Shown: piece after piece, positions 62,163-64,000 of the stretch | Position numbering within the stretch: the stretch's first letter is position 1 | How the letters are laid out: every line of letters begins with the position of its first letter | Assembly: GCA_963783305.1 (NCBI GenBank) | Contig: CAWAMW010000007.1 | Location: 512,001 to 576,000, forward strand | Direction of reading: 5' to 3' | Source: an uncultured Gemmatimonadales bacterium | Lineage (GTDB): Bacteria; Gemmatimonadota; Gemmatimonadetes; Longimicrobiales; RSA9 | DNA: 64,000 bases | The notes under the pieces: model-generated | Told to the model about the DNA's origin: nothing | The model's input: the letters and a program-made list of their open reading frames with translations, nothing else | Database searches by the model: none | Position numbers and translations under genes: made by a program

Positions 62163-63112
62163 CGGCTGCAAGCGAGGAAAGTCCGGCAGCTACAGAGCGG
62201 ACCTCGGCACCCCTCCACTTCGGGCAGGGTCTCCTCATGGGCGGGGCAGACATCATCCCGGGCGTGAGCGGCGGCACGATGGCGCTCATCGTGGGGATCT
62301 ACGCCCGACTGATCGACTCGCTGAGCAGTGCGTTCTCAATGCTGCTCTCCGGGGCTCGCCTGCGGGGAGGTGAAGCGGCGCGGCACGGGCGGGCCGTGGA
62401 ATGGGGGCTCGTGCTTCCGCTGCTGGCAGGGATCGTCACGGCCATCGGCACCGCCTCCTTCTTCCTGCCCCACCTGCTGGAGACCTATCCGCACCAGATG
62501 CGGGGCCTGTTCCTGGGGCTGGTCGCGGCCTCCATCGCGGTGCCCTGGCTCCGGATCGGGCGCATGACGTGGCGGCTCCTGCTCATCGCGCTGGTGGCCG
62601 CCGTGGCGGCCTTCGTGCTCGTGGGTCTGCCCCTTCTGGCAGAGGAGCCGGAACCGGCAATGATCCGGGTGTTCGCCTCCGCGAGCGTCGCCATCTGCGC
62701 CATGATCCTGCCCGGCGTGAGCGGGGCCTTTCTGCTGGAAGTCCTGGGCATCTACCACCCGACCGTAGAGGCGCTCCGCGCCGCCATCGGGCTGGACCTC
62801 GGCGCCATGGGCTATGTAGTCGTGTTCATCCTCGGCGCCACGATCGGGCTCGGGCTCTTCTCGAAAACGCTGGACTGGCTGCTGGACCACTACCACGACC
62901 GGACGATGGCGGCCCTCGTAGGACTCATGGCGGGCTCACTCCGTGCGCTCTGGCCGTGGCAGCCGTGGGACTCGCCGGATCGCGTCCTCCTCTGGCCGCA
63001 GCAGGGCGACCCGGTGATGTCCGTCCTGCTGCTGGCCGCGGCGGGCTTTGCGTTCGTCGCCGTTCTGACATGGTGGGGGTCCCGCCGGATCACGGACTCC
63101 TCACCGACCTGA
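62159..63112 (+). CDS. DUF368 membrane protein
   Basis: GTG overlapping pcm stop; MGGADIIPGVSGGTMA, CAMILPGVSGAF, GSLRALWPW. Confidence 0.9.
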   Translation: MTAASEESPAATERTSAPLHFGQGLLMGGADIIPGVSGGTMALIVGIYARLIDSLSSAFSMLLSGARLRGGEAARHGRAVEWGLVLPLLAGIVTAIGTASFFLPHLLETYPHQMRGLFLGLVAASIAVPWLRIGRMTWRLLLIALVAAVAAFVLVGLPLLAEEPEPAMIRVFASASVAICAMILPGVSGAFLLEVLGIYHPTVEALRAAIGLDLGAMGYVVVFILGATIGLGLFSKTLDWLLDHYHDRTMAALVGLMAGSLRALWPWQPWDSPDRVLLWPQQGDPVMSVLLLAAAGFAFVAVLTWWGSRRITDSSPT

Positions 63113-63226
63113 GCCCGCGACTCACCGAGCCCGCGGCGCCGGGTCCGCGCGGTGGCGCGGGACACGGCGCCGCCCTATCTTCTCGCCGTTTCCCCCATTG
63201 CCGTGTTCGCAACACAGGAGCCGTCG

Positions 63227-63952
63227 ATGACCGACGAAGCCCACGGGCAGAGCCACGACGATACGCCCACCCCGCCCGCGTCCACACGCTGGTCGGAGGA
63301 TCCCGTCCAGGACGACGAGAGCCTGGCGCCTCCGTTCGTGCCGGGGCGGAGCGCCGGCCCCACCGCCGGGGCGACGGCAGAGGATCGCGCACCCGCGCCA
63401 ACGACGCCGGCCGAGCCGGCCCCGGCCCCGGCCGAGGACGAGGACGAGGACGCGCTGTTCCCGTTCGAGACTTCCTTCGGTGCCGACGAAGAGCCGGAAA
63501 CAGTTCCGGAAGACGATTTCCCGTTCGACCAGTTCGACATCGACGGGGGGGCTGCACCCTCGACCGAGGAGGAGACAGGCTCGGGCTGGAGCCCCTCCAC
63601 CGACGTGGAATGGGAGCCGGAGCCCACGGGGGAACCGTTGGAGCCGGTGGAGGAGGCGAGCGAACCCGCCGAGATCCCGGAAGCGGAGCTGGTCCCGCTG
63701 GATGCGGTGTCGGAGCCGGTCGTCGATGTAGAGGTGGAGACCACGGCTGAGCAGGAGGACGTGTACGAAGCGGAGCCCGTCGGACCGGCCGCGGATAGCG
63801 GGGCGGAAGAGGTGGCGGGGCTCCTGGACCGGCTGGCCGGGCTGCTCCGCGAGGAGGGTGCCGAGGCGGTCCGTCGGGAGATGGAGTCATCGGATCGGCT
63901 GACGGCGCTTCTCAGCGGTCTGATCGCGGGGTATCTCTCCGGCCGGTCCTGA
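63227..63952 (+). CDS. Hypothetical acidic, Pro-rich disordered protein with helical C-terminal domain
   Basis: AGGAG SD; D/E/P-rich body; C-terminal EVAGLLDRLAGLLREEG...LLSGLIAGYL. Confidence 0.75.
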   Translation: MTDEAHGQSHDDTPTPPASTRWSEDPVQDDESLAPPFVPGRSAGPTAGATAEDRAPAPTTPAEPAPAPAEDEDEDALFPFETSFGADEEPETVPEDDFPFDQFDIDGGAAPSTEEETGSGWSPSTDVEWEPEPTGEPLEPVEEASEPAEIPEAELVPLDAVSEPVVDVEVETTAEQEDVYEAEPVGPAADSGAEEVAGLLDRLAGLLREEGAEAVRREMESSDRLTALLSGLIAGYLSGRS

Positions 63953-63961
63953 CGCCACCGC

Positions 63962-64000
63962 TCAGATCTTGATGACGATGTTCCTGCGGTAGAGGGGGAG
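63962..64000 (-). CDS. 3' end of a minus-strand membrane protein (partial), possibly DUF5009/acyltransferase-like
   Basis: Reads LPLYRRNIVIKI* to TGA at 63964-63962; only 12 codons visible. Confidence 0.45.
   Translation of the reverse strand, partial: LPLYRRNIVIKI

Noticed and set aside
61514..63112. 532-aa fusion protein in the ORF track
   Set aside because: Artefact of the pcm frameshift; DUF368 has its own GTG start at 62159 overlapping the pcm stop.
16285..63952. Many long antisense or alternate-frame ORFs (e.g. 34444-36093, 44002-45546, 50893-52503, 58709-60325)
   Set aside because: Expected in high-GC DNA opposite well-identified genes; Arg/Pro/His-rich and without recognisable motifs.

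Overview
High-GC bacterial chromosome segment. The 16S sequence and gene content (lpxC-fabZ fusion, PorV-like gene, bshC, mcsAB-clpC in a diderm) fit Gemmatimonadota, probably Longimicrobiales-like; this is my recognition, not a database result. Left ~10 kb: tRNA-Pro, a quinone-oxidoreductase-like MDR enzyme, a metallophosphoesterase, a 44-bp tandem array, a TetR-controlled Lol-like ABC/outer-membrane operon and a Ca/Na antiporter. Next come tRNA-Arg/His/Lys and a complete 16S-23S-5S operon. Then ~48 kb of plus-strand, mostly housekeeping genes: era, trm112-like, PorV-like, rnr, pseudo-receiver GGDEF, Zn-ribbon/RomX-like, prfB (+1 programmed frameshift), lysS, lolE/lolD, mcsA-mcsB-clpC, bamA, skp, the lipid A cluster, nadB, gdhA, rlmH, bshC, murJ, uvrC, gltX, larC, a TPR lipoprotein, DUF512, der-plsY-gpsA, MerR, surE-pcm and DUF368. 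I found no CRISPR, integrase, transposase or phage genes. The most unusual signal is the array at 2462-2682: alternating strand-specific hairpins (GNA triloop plus tandem G.A pairs, with a compensatory stem insertion) beside a sharp local C-rich to G-rich skew flip. Other candidates: a RomX-like/GGDEF polarity pair, McsAB-ClpC embedded in the outer-membrane biogenesis operon, a GnnA-like gene and a 30-aa membrane peptide in the lipid A cluster, and two single-base frameshifts (pcm, TPR lipoprotein) that are probably assembly errors.
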